Position numbers and translations under genes: made by a program. A DNA stretch of 64,000 bases. Source: Massalongia carnosa. Taxonomy: Eukaryota. Under the pieces are notes generated by a model that had not been told where the DNA came from, made no database searches, and saw only the letters and a program-made list of their open reading frames with translations. The number at the start of each line of letters is the position of its first letter. Positions within the stretch are counted from its first letter, which is position 1. This document shows, piece after piece, positions 51,981-64,000 of this stretch. Where the stretch lies: NCBI GenBank assembly GCA_965645245.1, contig OZ287070.1, forward strand, positions 372,001-436,000, in the 5' to 3' direction.

Positions 51981-54104
51981 CTATGCTGTAACATCGGTGG
52001 ATATATTGGCGGCAATGTCTTTGCTCTCGCGCTCTTGTTCCTCGGGATGGTCCACAGTGTCGCCTTCGTCCATGGGATCATTGCCAATGTCCTCGGCTAC
52101 TTGCGCTGGCACGGCAACGATTGGCGGGGAATCGGGAGGGGTTGCTTCTTGTGGCCCGTCTGCGGCGGGTTGAGCGTGAAGGGGGGGGAGTACATTGGAA
52201 TCATCTGCCATGTCGACATCTTCGTCATCCATCGCTGTAGTACCAATCTGTGGGGATGCGTCTGCAGAGCCGCCTTCGCTAGAAGCCACACTCTCCTCCA
52301 TGTGAGCGTTGCTGCTACGAGCCGATCCATTATCTTCGGCGTCATGTGCAGATAGCAGAGCGCCTTGGTCCTCTCGGCCTCGACTTCGGCCTCGTTGTGG
52401 CGAAGCTCCGCCACTGCCTAAATCTTCATCGTCAATCGCTGCATCGGGATTTTGAAAATCCATCATGTTACGACGTTTTCGCGCTCCGGGCTGTGGGCGA
52501 ACACCATTATTGTCATTCTCATCTTCATCTTCGCTCTCGCTAAGCTCGCCGTCTTTTTCGACGTATTTGTCCCACCGACGTTTGGTGTACCTTTGGTCTT
52601 TGTGTTGGTCTTCGTCTAGATCGTCAAGAATGTCATCTGGGTCTTCGTCTGGATCACGAGGAACGTCCGTCATTTGTACGGAAGGGGCGAAAGTAGTGCG
52701 CTTAAGATTCTCAATAACTTGAACCTTGATTTTTTCAAGATAATCCTGAGAATTGGCATTGTCCATATTTGAAGGCCGCACGTCCAACTCGTAGTCCGGG
52801 GCGTAATACTAAAGACTCGATTAATATCATAACTCTTTTGAGCAGCTCCGACGACCTACCTCATAGTAATCATTGTAAGGAAGATCAGGCCCCATGGCTT
52901 GTCCAACCAGCATCCCAGTTTCGTAAGCCCAAGTTCGCGCTACGTTTCGCATTGTGTAGCCACCTCCACCAAGCACGAGTACAGGGAGGTTGAAACTCTT
53001 AACGAAGTTAACGCAATTGGCATGGCCTTGCATACTCAAGTTGAAGCATCCAAGCCTATCACCGGACAAGCTATCTCCACCGCATTGCAGCACAATAGCT
53101 TCGGGTCGATAATACTCCATAACGCTTTTAATGACCGGTTCAAAAATACCCTTGTAAGATCTATCGTCAATGCCATCACGGAGAGGAAAGTTGACCGAGT
53201 AATACTTTCCCTGTCCTACGCCGATGTCTCGAAGCTCGCCGGTTCCGGGAAAGTATTCGCCGTATTTATGGAAAGAGACGGTCATGACGCGATCGGTAGT
53301 ATAAAATGCTTCTTCGACGCCATCGCCATGGTGAACATCGATGTCAATGTAGAGCACACGTTGCTTGAATCGGAGTAACTCGAGTATTCCAAGAACAATA
53401 TCTGTCAAGCTTTTTCAACGAGATCATCATACGGACAGCGATCCTCTTACCATTAATGTAGCAGAAACCGCTGGCCTCACTTTTCTTGGCGTGATGTAGA
53501 CCACCAGCCCAATTAACCGCTACATCGCACTTGCCGCGATTGAGCCTTGCAGCACCTTCCATGCTTCCACCAGCACTAATTCCACAGAACTCGAACAGTC
53601 CGTCAAATACAGGGCAGTCATCTCCAACGTTAAATCTCCCCTGTTCTTTTTGATATTGTTCCATGTTGTCAGGTGTAACTTTTTTGAGAAAATCAACATA
53701 TTCGTCAGTATGAAATTGGGTCATCTCCAACTGAGAGGCAGGTTTTGCACGCTGTTACAGGTCAGTGGCTTCTTTCCACTGACTAGCAAATAGACCCGTT
53801 GGCTAAAATTTAGAAAAGTAGCAAAGGAGATTGACAAAGTTGATTCTCGTTTTTTAAACAAGGACATGACCCAAAGTAAAGTAACAGCACCTTAAATATA
53901 AGAGATTAAACTTACATAAATCTCCATTTTTTTGTAGAGCCCATAGTTCATAATTAAGCTGTGCGCCATTCGAATTCGATGAGGCTTCATAGGATGTCCT
54001 GCAACATAGGCATAATTGCCCACGTCTGAATCGTAGAAATATGCAATACATTTCTTGTCATTGCCGTTGAGCAGGGGCGTATCCAGGGGGGCGAAAGATG
54101 CCAT
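51981..54104 (-). CDS. RPD3: Class I histone deacetylase Rpd3, 4 exons
   Basis: [72 protein letters not shown] and an acidic C-terminal tail. Confidence 0.97.
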
Positions 54105-54428
54105 GATTTAGAGCCAGCTCAGTACGAGTGTTTACGATTGAGTAGAGATTAGGTTTTGTGCTAGGTGAGCTGGAAATGGAATAAGTGAGGCGAAACTATG
54201 AAACTATAGGAAAGAGGGAAATGGTTTGAGAGGAAAGATGAATATGAATTGACTAGCCCCGGCTAATATTCGGGGAGCTATTACCAAGCTATGACACGCG
54301 CTGCGCTTGTGCCTGTAATTAACCAGAACCTACTCTATCATAAAGCACCTCCGTAAACAGATACTTACTTTTCCGTCAAATCTCTACGTGCTCATATCTA
54401 CAGAAGGTGTAAGGTTAAAAATACTACC
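54105..54428. promoter_or_regulatory. Short bidirectional promoter between RPD3 and RPN11
   Basis: Divergent ATGs 324 bp apart. Contains GGAGCT (54274-54279) inside an imperfect palindrome and an ACGCG element near 54296. Confidence 0.6.
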
Positions 54429-55619
54429 ATGAATCAGCTTAGCAGTATACTACGAGGGGGTGGTATGGGCGTCAGCTCAGGACCCCCAGGCTCTGTAAGT
54501 AAGCTCCTGCTTCAGATATCACTTAGCAGCGTGGCCTAACCAATATTTAAACGGTGCTAATCTGCTGTATTGAACAGGACTCCAATCTCATCGATAACTC
54601 AGAGACTGTTTACATATCTTCTCTTGCGTTGCTCAAAATGTTACGGCATGGACGTGCTGGGGTTCCTATGGAAGTCATGGGCTTGATGCTTGGCGAACTC
54701 GTGGATGATTATACAGTACGAGTGGTGGATGTATTTGCCATGCCCCAGAGTGGAACCGGTGTAAGTGTAGAGGCTGTGGATCCAGTTTTTCAGACAAAGA
54801 TGATGGATATGTTACGGCAAACAGGCAGGTTCGTCTGGTATGATCCATCGCTCAAGATCAACACGTTAATTTTTGATTAGGCAGGAAACGGTGGTTGGGT
54901 GGTACCACTCACATCCTGGATTTGGTTGTTGGCTCTCCTCGGTTGACATCAATACCCAACAGTCCTTCGAACAACTAACTCCCCGCGCTGTTGCTGTTGT
55001 GGTTGACCCCATTCAATCGGTGAAGGGTAAAGTCGTTATTGACGCTTTCCGATTGATAAACCCTCAAACACTGATAATGGGCCACGAGCCACGGCAAACT
55101 ACGTCTAACCTTGGCCATCTTAACAAACCGTCAATACAAGCTCTGATTCATGGCCTCAACAGACATTACTACAGTATTGGCATCAACTATCGAAAGACCG
55201 GCTTGGAAGAGAATATGCTGATGAATCTACATAAGCATGTCTGGACAGAGGCGCTGCAGATGGATGATTTCCGGGAGGAGGGCACCAGGAATCAAGAGAA
55301 GTTAAAGAGGCTTGTTGGTCTGGCGGAGGGTTACGAGAAAAGGGTTAAGGAGGAAACTGAATTGACAAAGGATCAACTCAAAACAAGATATGTTGGCAAG
55401 CTTGATCCAAAGAAGCGTAAGCCCCAGTTTCTTTGCCAGGCGTTTCACGTCAGCTGACCATGTGATGTCAAAGATCTGGAGGATGTAGGTCAGCAACTTA
55501 TCGAAGACAATATTGTTTCAGTTTCAAGGCAGATGATCGATAAAGAAGCATCAGTTGCGAAGACGAATGGAGAGAATGGCCATCAAAATGGAGCTATGGA
55601 TGTTGATGAAGAGCTATGA
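54429..55619 (+). CDS. RPN11: 26S proteasome lid deubiquitinase Rpn11, 4 exons
   Basis: [32 protein letters not shown] and the JAMM motif [19 protein letters not shown] at 54429, TGA ends at 55619. Confidence 0.97.
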
Positions 55620-55761
55620 GTCTGGAAATTCTTGTTGGCCACATTTCATACCATTGTGCATAGATCGCCTGTACTCTAGCGTAGGCGCCTGGAATAATGT
55701 AAATAACATACCCATCCCACCCATTGTATCCGGGCTCATATCGCTAAGCATTGCATGTGCG

Positions 55762-56562
55762 TTAATCCTGATTCAAATATGAATTGTCGTAGAGATTATC
55801 AAATGTTTCGGGTTCACGTATATGACTGATTTCGGGGCTCCAGATGATCCGCTTTTTGCCACTTTCAGCCTCTTCCACCAGCCTTTTCATTAGAGGTCCG
55901 TTTTTCGAAACCAAGGGATATCCGCCGAAGTCCACCACTTCGAGGACAGGGAGACGGTCGATCAGCTCTTCCAAAATCCCCCCGGCGAAATTAGTGAAAA
56001 ACCCCCGAGCGCAGCGAAAGCCTTTGAAAATATCATGTGACGGATCGCACTCGACAAAAACCTTGAGCTTCCTCACTTCAATCATGTGCTCAAGTCTCAG
56101 CCGATCGTTCACCCGCCATGACTTTGGCGGGTTGCTCCACCCAGGGCCGAGACGCAGCTCTAAGGTAATTAAAGCTCTACGGTAGCGAGAGGACAGCCTA
56201 GAGAGTAGCGGCTGTACTTTGTTTCTGAAGAATCGCCAGTGGGTGGGGAAAATGCGGAAGGTGTGCACACCGTAGAATATATGGTATGCTTCTTCATGCA
56301 TGCGGTGCGAAGTGAGAAAGACATTGAGCCGCTGAGAAGCATCAAAGTTATTCAGAGGATCTAGGTCAATTGTACGATTTAACGAGAGAACCAAGATCAA
56401 AATCTTTCGCCTTAGCTCTGAGGGTAAACTGAAGAAACGAAATGGCTGCCGTGGTTGATAAAGGTCCGAGACTAGACACAGTTGAGACTCCATTATCTTT
56501 GACAAGCAATTGCCATGTAAAAACTCCGAAAGCAAAGCAGGAGAATGACATAAGGCGGTCAA
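55762..56562 (-). CDS. Conserved fungal protein with an N-terminal F-box-like motif; true start uncertain
   Basis: FRFFSLPSELRRKIL, FLTSHRMHEEAYHIFYG, LELRLGPGWSNPPKSW and FVECDPSHDIFKGFR. Confidence 0.75.
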   Translation of the reverse strand: MTALCHSPALLSEFLHGNCLSKIMESQLCLVSDLYQPRQPFRFFSLPSELRRKILILVLSLNRTIDLDPLNNFDASQRLNVFLTSHRMHEEAYHIFYGVHTFRIFPTHWRFFRNKVQPLLSRLSSRYRRALITLELRLGPGWSNPPKSWRVNDRLRLEHMIEVRKLKVFVECDPSHDIFKGFRCARGFFTNFAGGILEELIDRLPVLEVVDFGGYPLVSKNGPLMKRLVEEAESGKKRIIWSPEISHIREPETFDNLYDNSYLNQD

Positions 56563-56970
56563 TTGATTCTTGTCCAGTTTCTTTCTAAGAATAGAAGGAT
56601 TAAGACTGAATGTAATGTATCGATGCTAACGGAACTAACACCTCAACGGTAACCTAGATGCTGTTCTTGAATGCATGAAAACTCGGTTTGCCCAGCTACT
56701 TCAACTTCATGCCCGTAGTTATTTAGAAACATGAAGCCAAATTCATCGCATGTGGGGTGTAACTTTCTATGAAGGACTTTCAGGTAGCGGTAACTAGACG
56801 ACTTCAAGATTTCGGGCCGACGTCATTCCGAAAAGTGATTTTTCTTTTGCTACCTATATTTCCTAACCGTAGGTCGGATGATTTTTTCTGGGAGCTAGCG
56901 ATGATGTACTTTTAGGGTACTGGCCCTGTGAAAGTTCGATTGAGCAGGTAGGCCTTTGACCAGAGTCAAA

Positions 56971-58718
56971 ATGCTTGCTCGAGTTACCGCTCGGTCCTTG
57001 CGATTTTCCAGTGGCTCGGTTCATACCATTCTTCTCCCCTCTTTTTCACGATCCTACGCAAAGCATAACCGACCTAAGAAACCAAGCGACTACCGACCTC
57101 CACACACTTTAACCTCAGAAAACAGACATGGGCACGACGCAGAGAGATCAGCGGGACCTCTGGGATCAGCTACTGGGCCCTCCATTGCAGCCTCAAGATT
57201 GGGAAGCAAGTACCAACCCACAACCTCAACATCACAAGACGCTTCCGGAGCAGGCGAAACGCCACATTCAGGTTTAAAGCAACCAGTCTCATCTTCCATA
57301 GAATCTACGGAAGGAACTTCTGGTGCGAGTCACTCAAGGTTACCTAATGGGTTTGGAAGTCCACAGCAGGAGCAGCAAAAATTTCGTCCGCTACCTGACT
57401 TGACTCAAGGAATACCATCAACACTGGATTCGGAGCTGGCAGAAGCTGCACGAGTAAGCTCAAAAGGGCTAAATGTTGCAGGAACACCTGCAGAGGCTTC
57501 TGCTGGAGGTCGTGGGGGAGATGACTTGCCTAAAACTACGTACATATCTTCGATAGAGCGAAGGAAGAATCGGCTTGCGAATTATATGTACGCTAGCTTC
57601 CTGGGCCTATCACTTGTCGGGACAATTTATTTGGGCCGAAATTGGGATACTGAGGAAGAAGAGAAGAAACATTCTGATGCGCCTTCAGGGTGGGGGTTTG
57701 GTTTATTTTATAATCGAGCGAATGCTCGATTAGCAGATATACTCGACCACTACAATGAACCATCCTTTCCCCGACTCCTCCCAAATCCGGATCCAGCATG
57801 GGAGAGACCATACACACTGGTATTGAGCTTAGAGGATCTTTTAGTCCACAGCGAGTGGACTAGAGAGCATGGCTGGCGAATGGCTAAGCGACCTGGCGTT
57901 GATTACTTCTTGCGGTATCTGAACCAGTACTATGAACTCGTAATCTTCACAAGTGTTCCCTCCATGATTGGAGATCCGATCGTTCGAAAGCTCGATCCGT
58001 TCAGAATTGTCATGTGGCCGCTCTTCCGTGAGGCTACGAGGTTCAAGAAAGGTGAATACATCAAGGTGGGTTCGAATGTTAAACTAAGAAAGCATAGCAC
58101 TAATGAATTTGTGGCTAGGACCTTGCCTTCCTAAATCGTGATCTCAAGAAGGTCATTCTTATTGATACGGTACCGGCCCACGCAAAACTACAGCCGGAGA
58201 ACGCAATCATTCTTCCAAAATGGAAAGGCAGCCTAGAGGACAAAGAACTTGTCTCATATATTCCGTTTCTGGAATATGTGGCAACAATGGGTTTGGACGA
58301 TACCCGGGAAGTTCTCAAGTCATTTGAGGGAAAGCATATTCCCACAGAGTTCTCTCGCAGGGAAGCATTAGCTCGAGATAAATTTTTCAAGGAGTTAGCC
58401 GAGGAACGCGCAAAGAAACCGCGTCGATCAGCCGTGGGGCTTTTGGGCAATGTGTTGGGCATTAAGCCAATGGATGGTGGATTCGATGGGATGGATCAGG
58501 GGTTCTCTCGCGGGTTTGACGAAGGTAAGACATATCAGGACCAGGTGCGCGAGAGAGGTCAGAAGCAATATGAACTGCTAGAGAAAGAGATTCGCGAAAA
58601 TGGAGAAAAATGGCTGCAAGAGATGGCACAGGAGGAGGAGAAAATGAAGGAGGAAGCCATGAAAGGCATGAAATCGAACGTGCTGGGTGCCATCGGTGTG
58701 GGCCGTGGGGGATCGTGA
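56971..58718 (+). CDS. TIM50: Mitochondrial import inner-membrane translocase subunit Tim50, 2 exons
   Basis: Arg-rich presequence, a TM segment before YLGRNWD, and an FCP1-like domain (PYTLVLSLEDLLVHSEWTREHGWRMAKRPGVDYFLRYL; LNRDLKKVILIDT). Confidence 0.95.
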
Positions 58719-59263
58719 GAACACCATCCATCAATCTTCGGATAATTCGCCCTGATTGCAACAATGGGATATCAGAAACTTCCACTCATATCGTGTTTTC
58801 TGATCCTTTCATTGCACGTCCAAGCTGGCTTTGTACAATACATGCGTGTCTCGTCAAGATAAGAGTGTTGTATTATAATATATATGAAGTCTTGTTGTAT
58901 TGCAAACTCACCATCTAGGAGAAATTTTTCAATGACGTCGATTACAGACATCGGATGAATATAGGGTACCCCTATAAATAGAAAACCCAGGTCTCGGCCT
59001 GCATCAGGCTTGGGGGACAACCCTGTTCTGGACCCTGCAGTATGACCACCGAGCACAGTATCCGTATCGAACTACCGCTGTCTCACTATCGCGCTGTCTA
59101 ATTTCTACATATTTCCTCATCATAGCCCCCAGTTCAGTAACTTGATGTTCAGCAGGTGGGACATAGATGTTTCGAAAATGCGTCAGCCATCGATATTCCG
59201 CAAAATCGGTTGAGAATAGTACTTTCCACCCGATCACAGACAAGCTCGCAATGACTTGAAACA

Positions 59264-62200
59264 ATGGCTGTCTTTCCTCCTGGAGGCTGGCCAAATGCCG
59301 GACAGAAAATCGAGAAATCAGACGGACGCAAGGAGAGATCTACTGAGCGGCAAGCTTCTATATCCCCTTTGAATGGAAAAGGAACGGTCAGGGAGGCAAA
59401 TAAACCACGTACGACATTGCCTACCGAAATCTTAGAGCAGTAAGACACCGACTAGCATAATCCAATGCTTGATACATAGTTGGGAAACCCTGGTCAGGAA
59501 AGCATCACTGATTTTCTGGCTTCTACAGAATCCTTTACTTGGCTGATCCAGCATCGTTTGCCTCTTTGGTTCTCGTCAGCCATGAATGGCGTGCGGCATC
59601 CCAGAAACCTCAAATCTACGCTCATCATCTATCGAGATGCCCTTCCTTCTCCATCAATAACGGCGTTGTGGCTGGTCCCTTTGATGACAGTAGTCTTCCT
59701 CGACTGAAGCGGCAATTTTCAAGGGAGGTTAAAAGGAATCTGTTTGAAGCTTATTTACGGCCTCGGCGGACGATCATAAATTTAACATCTACCACAACCA
59801 GCTCGGCAGCTGCCTTTCCAGGCGGTGAAGCCTTTGACTTTATATTCTCCCAAAATGGACATTGGACGCTCGCTTTATGTTCATCTCGAATATATGTATT
59901 AGATACAGTGTCGGCAAAAGTTTGCGTTCAAAGAGAGCTTAAGGTGTTACGACGCCCTGTATCTGCAGCAATCTTGGATGATGGGTCTATTCTTGCCGTC
60001 TTATCAAGTCGTCATCAGGTCAACATTTACGACCTGTCGAAGCTCAAGTTAAAACATCTCCGCGCGATCTCGCTAGATAATCCGCCAAATATCATTGCAT
60101 TGTCGCCAAAAGGAGAGGTTCTAGCTGCCGCTTATGAGGGGGGAATTGAAGTGCATTCGCTGACCAGAGAAGCGCTAGCAACTGACCGCCGAGCCGTCAA
60201 ATGTGATGTCGTTGATTCGCTTGCATTTTCTAGCGACGGCACGATGCTTCTTGGCACAACTCATAATAGCAAGAATCCAAACACAGTGGTCTTATCTGCT
60301 CCGTACTATAGTGAGGCTAACCAGGAGTTGCCTGTCACAGATTTGCTGAGCCATATGTGGACATCTCAGATACTCTTCCCTAACAGTAGTCGGGACTGTA
60401 GCCACGCCGCGTTGCTTGCTCATCACATTGAAGGTGATTCTAGCTGGACGTTTACATACGATAGAGTGTACGAAAGCTTTCGTGCTGTACGAACGGATGA
60501 TTTGCGCAACGGCACTACGTATTTCACAGGTCCAAAAGCCTTGAAAAGAGCAGGACCAAGGAGCGCAAGGAAAAGGCTGGTACCTTGCACACTTCCCTCA
60601 ACTAGTGATCGAGGCGAACTCGTGGCTGCTGGCTTTCTTGGAAAAGAAGTTTGGCTGTACGGTGTGCCTGAAAGCCTTGACAGCTCGGCCGAAGCCCGGA
60701 GAGATGATCCAAGGCCCCGAGGTATTGTGATGGTCGGATCAAGTGTGAGCGTTGCCGCCGAAAGTAATTCTCAAAATCCGGCAAGGTCGCTGACAAGTGG
60801 GGAGACTGCCGAGTTGATGCGGCTGCCTCATTGGCAAGTACTTGTTGACAAGTATCGGAATGTTTTTGCCAAGGGGCATCGGGTAGCCGACGTACCAGGA
60901 GTGGCTGGTCTGCGCTGGGTGAGTCGAAAGCATGAGAGGTCAGATTTACAGTCGATTGCACAACGCTTGATTGTTGCTGCACCGGGAGGGGTCTCGGGGC
61001 CTGTTGGTATGGAACAAGATGAGTTTGCAACGGTTGATGGAGGGCGGCTTGTGATCTTGGATTTTGATCGAACCACGGAAGATGGAACGCAAGTTGAGCT
61101 TACGTTTGAAGTGGGGAATATATCGCCAGAATTGTTGGAAGAGGAAGATATGGATATGGATACAGAGGTTGCTTTGGTCAGGCAGCGGACGGTCCGTCAG
61201 CGAAAGGACGGTCCCGTTGGGGTAAGCGTTGTTGATGTACTAGCTTCCGCCCCAGACATGCCTGTTCATCATCTTCCAGTGTCTGCCTTGCGTCCATCCA
61301 ACTCTACCGCTGTCGTCGAGTCAAGCCCCATCGCAGAGAACTCTGCTCAAAGGTCTGACCATTCCCCACCTGATGGACTTAGTCTGGAAGAGGCTTCGGC
61401 TGTATTTGATGGGCCTTATTCTCATACTCATCCTCGGTCTCGGAGCTCGTTGTATCGGTCTGCCACAGCAGTTGCTGCAAACCGCCAACGCAACCCTCCT
61501 CGCATCTTATCCGAAGCGCGCGGAGAGTATCGACGTGCGGATGGCCGTGGAGAGCTGCCTCATGAAAGCGATGCGGACAATTGGGTTCCTCCACCGCCCC
61601 CGTATACCCCTGACGCAGACAGACCTCTGCCAGAACATCTAAATATAGCTCTAATGCCGCGGCGCACTGAACCTATCCGCCGAACAGCTCCTGACCCTGA
61701 TTGGCTTCGTCGAGCTCGCACCACGACTTGGAACTCGTCACAATCTTCACCATCGCGAAGGCTCAGTTCCCTACCTGAGCGACCTTTTTTCTCTCGATCG
61801 CAGACCAGTTCAGCCGCCTCATCACAAATCCCTGAAATCAACGAGGTATCCTCAGGGTCACGACCTCAAAATGCTGAAGATATCAGCATGAGCAATTCCG
61901 TTGGCTTTTCGCGTCGCCCTCCCAGCGAAATTTCCTCCAGCTTCTCCCGCTCGTCAACAACTCAAAGGCCAACCTCCAATTATACGGGGCCATACTCGAG
62001 CTCTTTGCAAGAGCAAAATACTAACCGCCCTAGTTCCCCTATCACGCCTATTCCAAAGCCACTTACGCCTCGGCAGCGTAATCCGGGCCACTCCAAATCC
62101 GTCTCCCTCCCTTCTAGCCCAATCGATGACAAATTTTGCTCCCAAGCCTCAACCTTGACCCTTTCCGGCGCCAATCTTCAACAACGTCTAGACTACCTCC

Positions 62201-62847
62201 TCCCTCCCGCTCCAAGGGGCTTCTCCAACTCGCCCTCGCCGCCTGAGCGCGGGCCAGAATCTCCTATGACAGCCCGCCAAGCAACCTACGAGATCGAGCT
62301 CATAGCCGCCAACATGCCTTCAGCACAACAGCTGGCTAACCTCCACAACCGTTACCGTCGCTCTCCGTCCCCGCACCAACCCCTAGGTGTCGTCAATTCT
62401 GAAGGCTACCGGCCGCTCACCACTAGCCCTGCACCTCCTCGCGGTGCGCTCGGCGCTGCTGGAAGCACTTCTCCGGCCGCGGAGCGCAGACGATTATCGA
62501 TCTCGCAGCGCAACCCTTTCGCGGCGTCGTCACCAGCGCTGCTGCGACCCGTGGCAAGGAGGCTAGACACCATCCAGAGCATTTCTTCCGTAGTGATGAC
62601 GGAGGACGAAGCAGGGAGGGGACGGAGCATGGACATAGTTGAGGGGCGAGAAAATGAATTGGCAATGACTGCAGTGAGGCACAGACGGAGCAGGAGCTTG
62701 GGGCCTGTCATCGAAGGGGGGCGAGGGGAGGAGAGGAGGACGTGGTGGGGAGGGAGAAGGGCGGGCAGGAGGGAACGGGGGGGCGTGGAATGGGAAGGGG
62801 AGGGAGGGGAGGAGAGAGCGAGGGGAGGGAAGTGTGTTCTTATGTGA
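59264..62847 (+). CDS. F-box plus WD40-like beta-propeller protein with a PY motif and C-terminal CaaX box, 2 exons
   Basis: Exon 1 from ATG 59264 splices (GTAAGA...CTACAG) to give the F-box TLPTEILEQILYLADPASFASLVLVSHEW. Propeller-like repeats (IALSPKGEVLA, SLAFSSDGTML), WVPPPPPYTP, and the end GGKCVLM*. Confidence 0.88.
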
Positions 62848-63420
62848 GATTTACCATGTATCCCTGTCGTCGGACTATATGAAAGGAACAGGAGTTTTGA
62901 TAGGGTTCTTGGCACATACTTGTGGGGGCACTTAAGTATAGATTCATATATTTTCGTTCCCGCGCTTTTTCAACCCCCTTCCCCCTTCTCCTGTCACCGG
63001 TTCACCTGTCTCTTCTCGCCTTCTCTTAAGGCGATCGATGGGAAGGAAAATCCAAAATTTTTGATGGCTTAGGGGATGAAACTACAGATTCCTCCCCGCC
63101 GGATAGGGTAGGTGTTATTCTGTATGCAGCTGCATACCTGTACATGGAAAAGTTGGTTGTTTGGGATTTTCGAGAGGATCCTTGGGTATTTCTTTCCCGA
63201 CAAATGGAGAAATTGTTTTGACAGCAGGTACTGAACAACCAATCATACATATTTGAAATCAAGGAATCGCTTGCTTTGACTGTTTCCTCTTTTTAGTTCG
63301 TTCGTTCATTCGTTTCTTCTATTGGGAGACAAAACGAGGCGGGAATCTTATGATCTCTGTTCTTTTCTTTTCTTTTCTTGAAAGGGGTTTTGATTCTGTT
63401 TGAAAAAGGCGAGGAGGTGA

Positions 63421-63507
63421 GAAGAAGAAGAAGAAGAAGAAGAAGAAGAAGAAGAAGAAGAAGAAGAAGAAGAAGAAGAAGAAGAAGAAGAAGAAGAAGA
63501 AGAAGAA
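63421..63507. repeat. (GAA)29 microsatellite
   Basis: Perfect 87-nt run read directly. Confidence 0.97.
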
Positions 63508-64000
63508 ATTGAGTAAATGAATGGTTAAAGGAGAGGGGACGGATAAGGGAAACTATAAAATGAAATTAAACATAAGATGAAAGGGTGGTTTCATTTGTCA
63601 TTCATGTGCATGAATTGGGTTCCCATTTATATATGCGCAAGATATGGTGGCAGTAGATACAGTATGTAGGTATAAGATCGATAGAATAGATACTTGGTGG
63701 GGAAAGGGGGGACGTACAACGTCGTTCTTTGCTTTCCGTTCCGTTGTTTATATTGCTTTGCTCCCCTCTCTCTTTTTTTCTCTACCTACTTCTACGTAGA
63801 AAGACTAATAGATTATGCTTCTTGACTCCATACATAGAACCAACTCACTCACTCACTCACTCACCTTTTTGGCTCGCATGGATTATTTGGATGCCATTCC
63901 CGCGCTGTTGTTGCCTTAAGAGACACATCACACAGCTTGGTGTTCGAATTGAACAAGAATAACTAACAGACACATGCTCACTGGGGTCCTGCGGAGAGTC

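Noticed and set aside
59004..59448. Minus-strand ORFs upstream of the F-box gene
   Set aside because: Antisense shadows of the F-box gene's first exon and 5' region.

Overview
Intron-rich genomic DNA of a filamentous ascomycete (Pezizomycotina; possibly a lichen-forming Lecanoromycete, which is inference only). Recognisable genes: GH5 exo-1,3-beta-glucanase (cut by the window start), aldehyde dehydrogenase, importin-11/Kap120, PEX2, a Leu3-type Zn2Cys6 transcription factor, a conserved 953-aa disordered protein, Rck2/Srk1 kinase, a possibly damaged SDR, MTC1, a DUF2462 protein, a GRDP/DUF1399-like protein, RPD3, RPN11, an F-box-like protein, TIM50 and an F-box/beta-propeller protein with a CaaX end. 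The main finding lies in the apparently empty 9.7-26 kb interval: a ~1.9-kb + strand non-coding locus (~18.9-20.8 kb) with the ordered architecture of a fungal telomerase RNA (nested long-range helices, boundary hairpin, template, pseudoknot, CR4/5 three-way junction, spliceosomal 3' end). Its candidate template has a 10-nt terminal direct repeat at a 28-nt period, predicting a 28-nt telomere repeat (TTAGGTTAAACGAAGGGGCATGTGGCAA) instead of TTAGGG. A 4-exon orphan gene ends directly upstream on the same strand. Also present are a 681-bp MITE with 23-bp perfect TIRs and an 8-bp TSD, and a RING-finger pseudogene. All calls were made by eye; no searches or folding programs were run.
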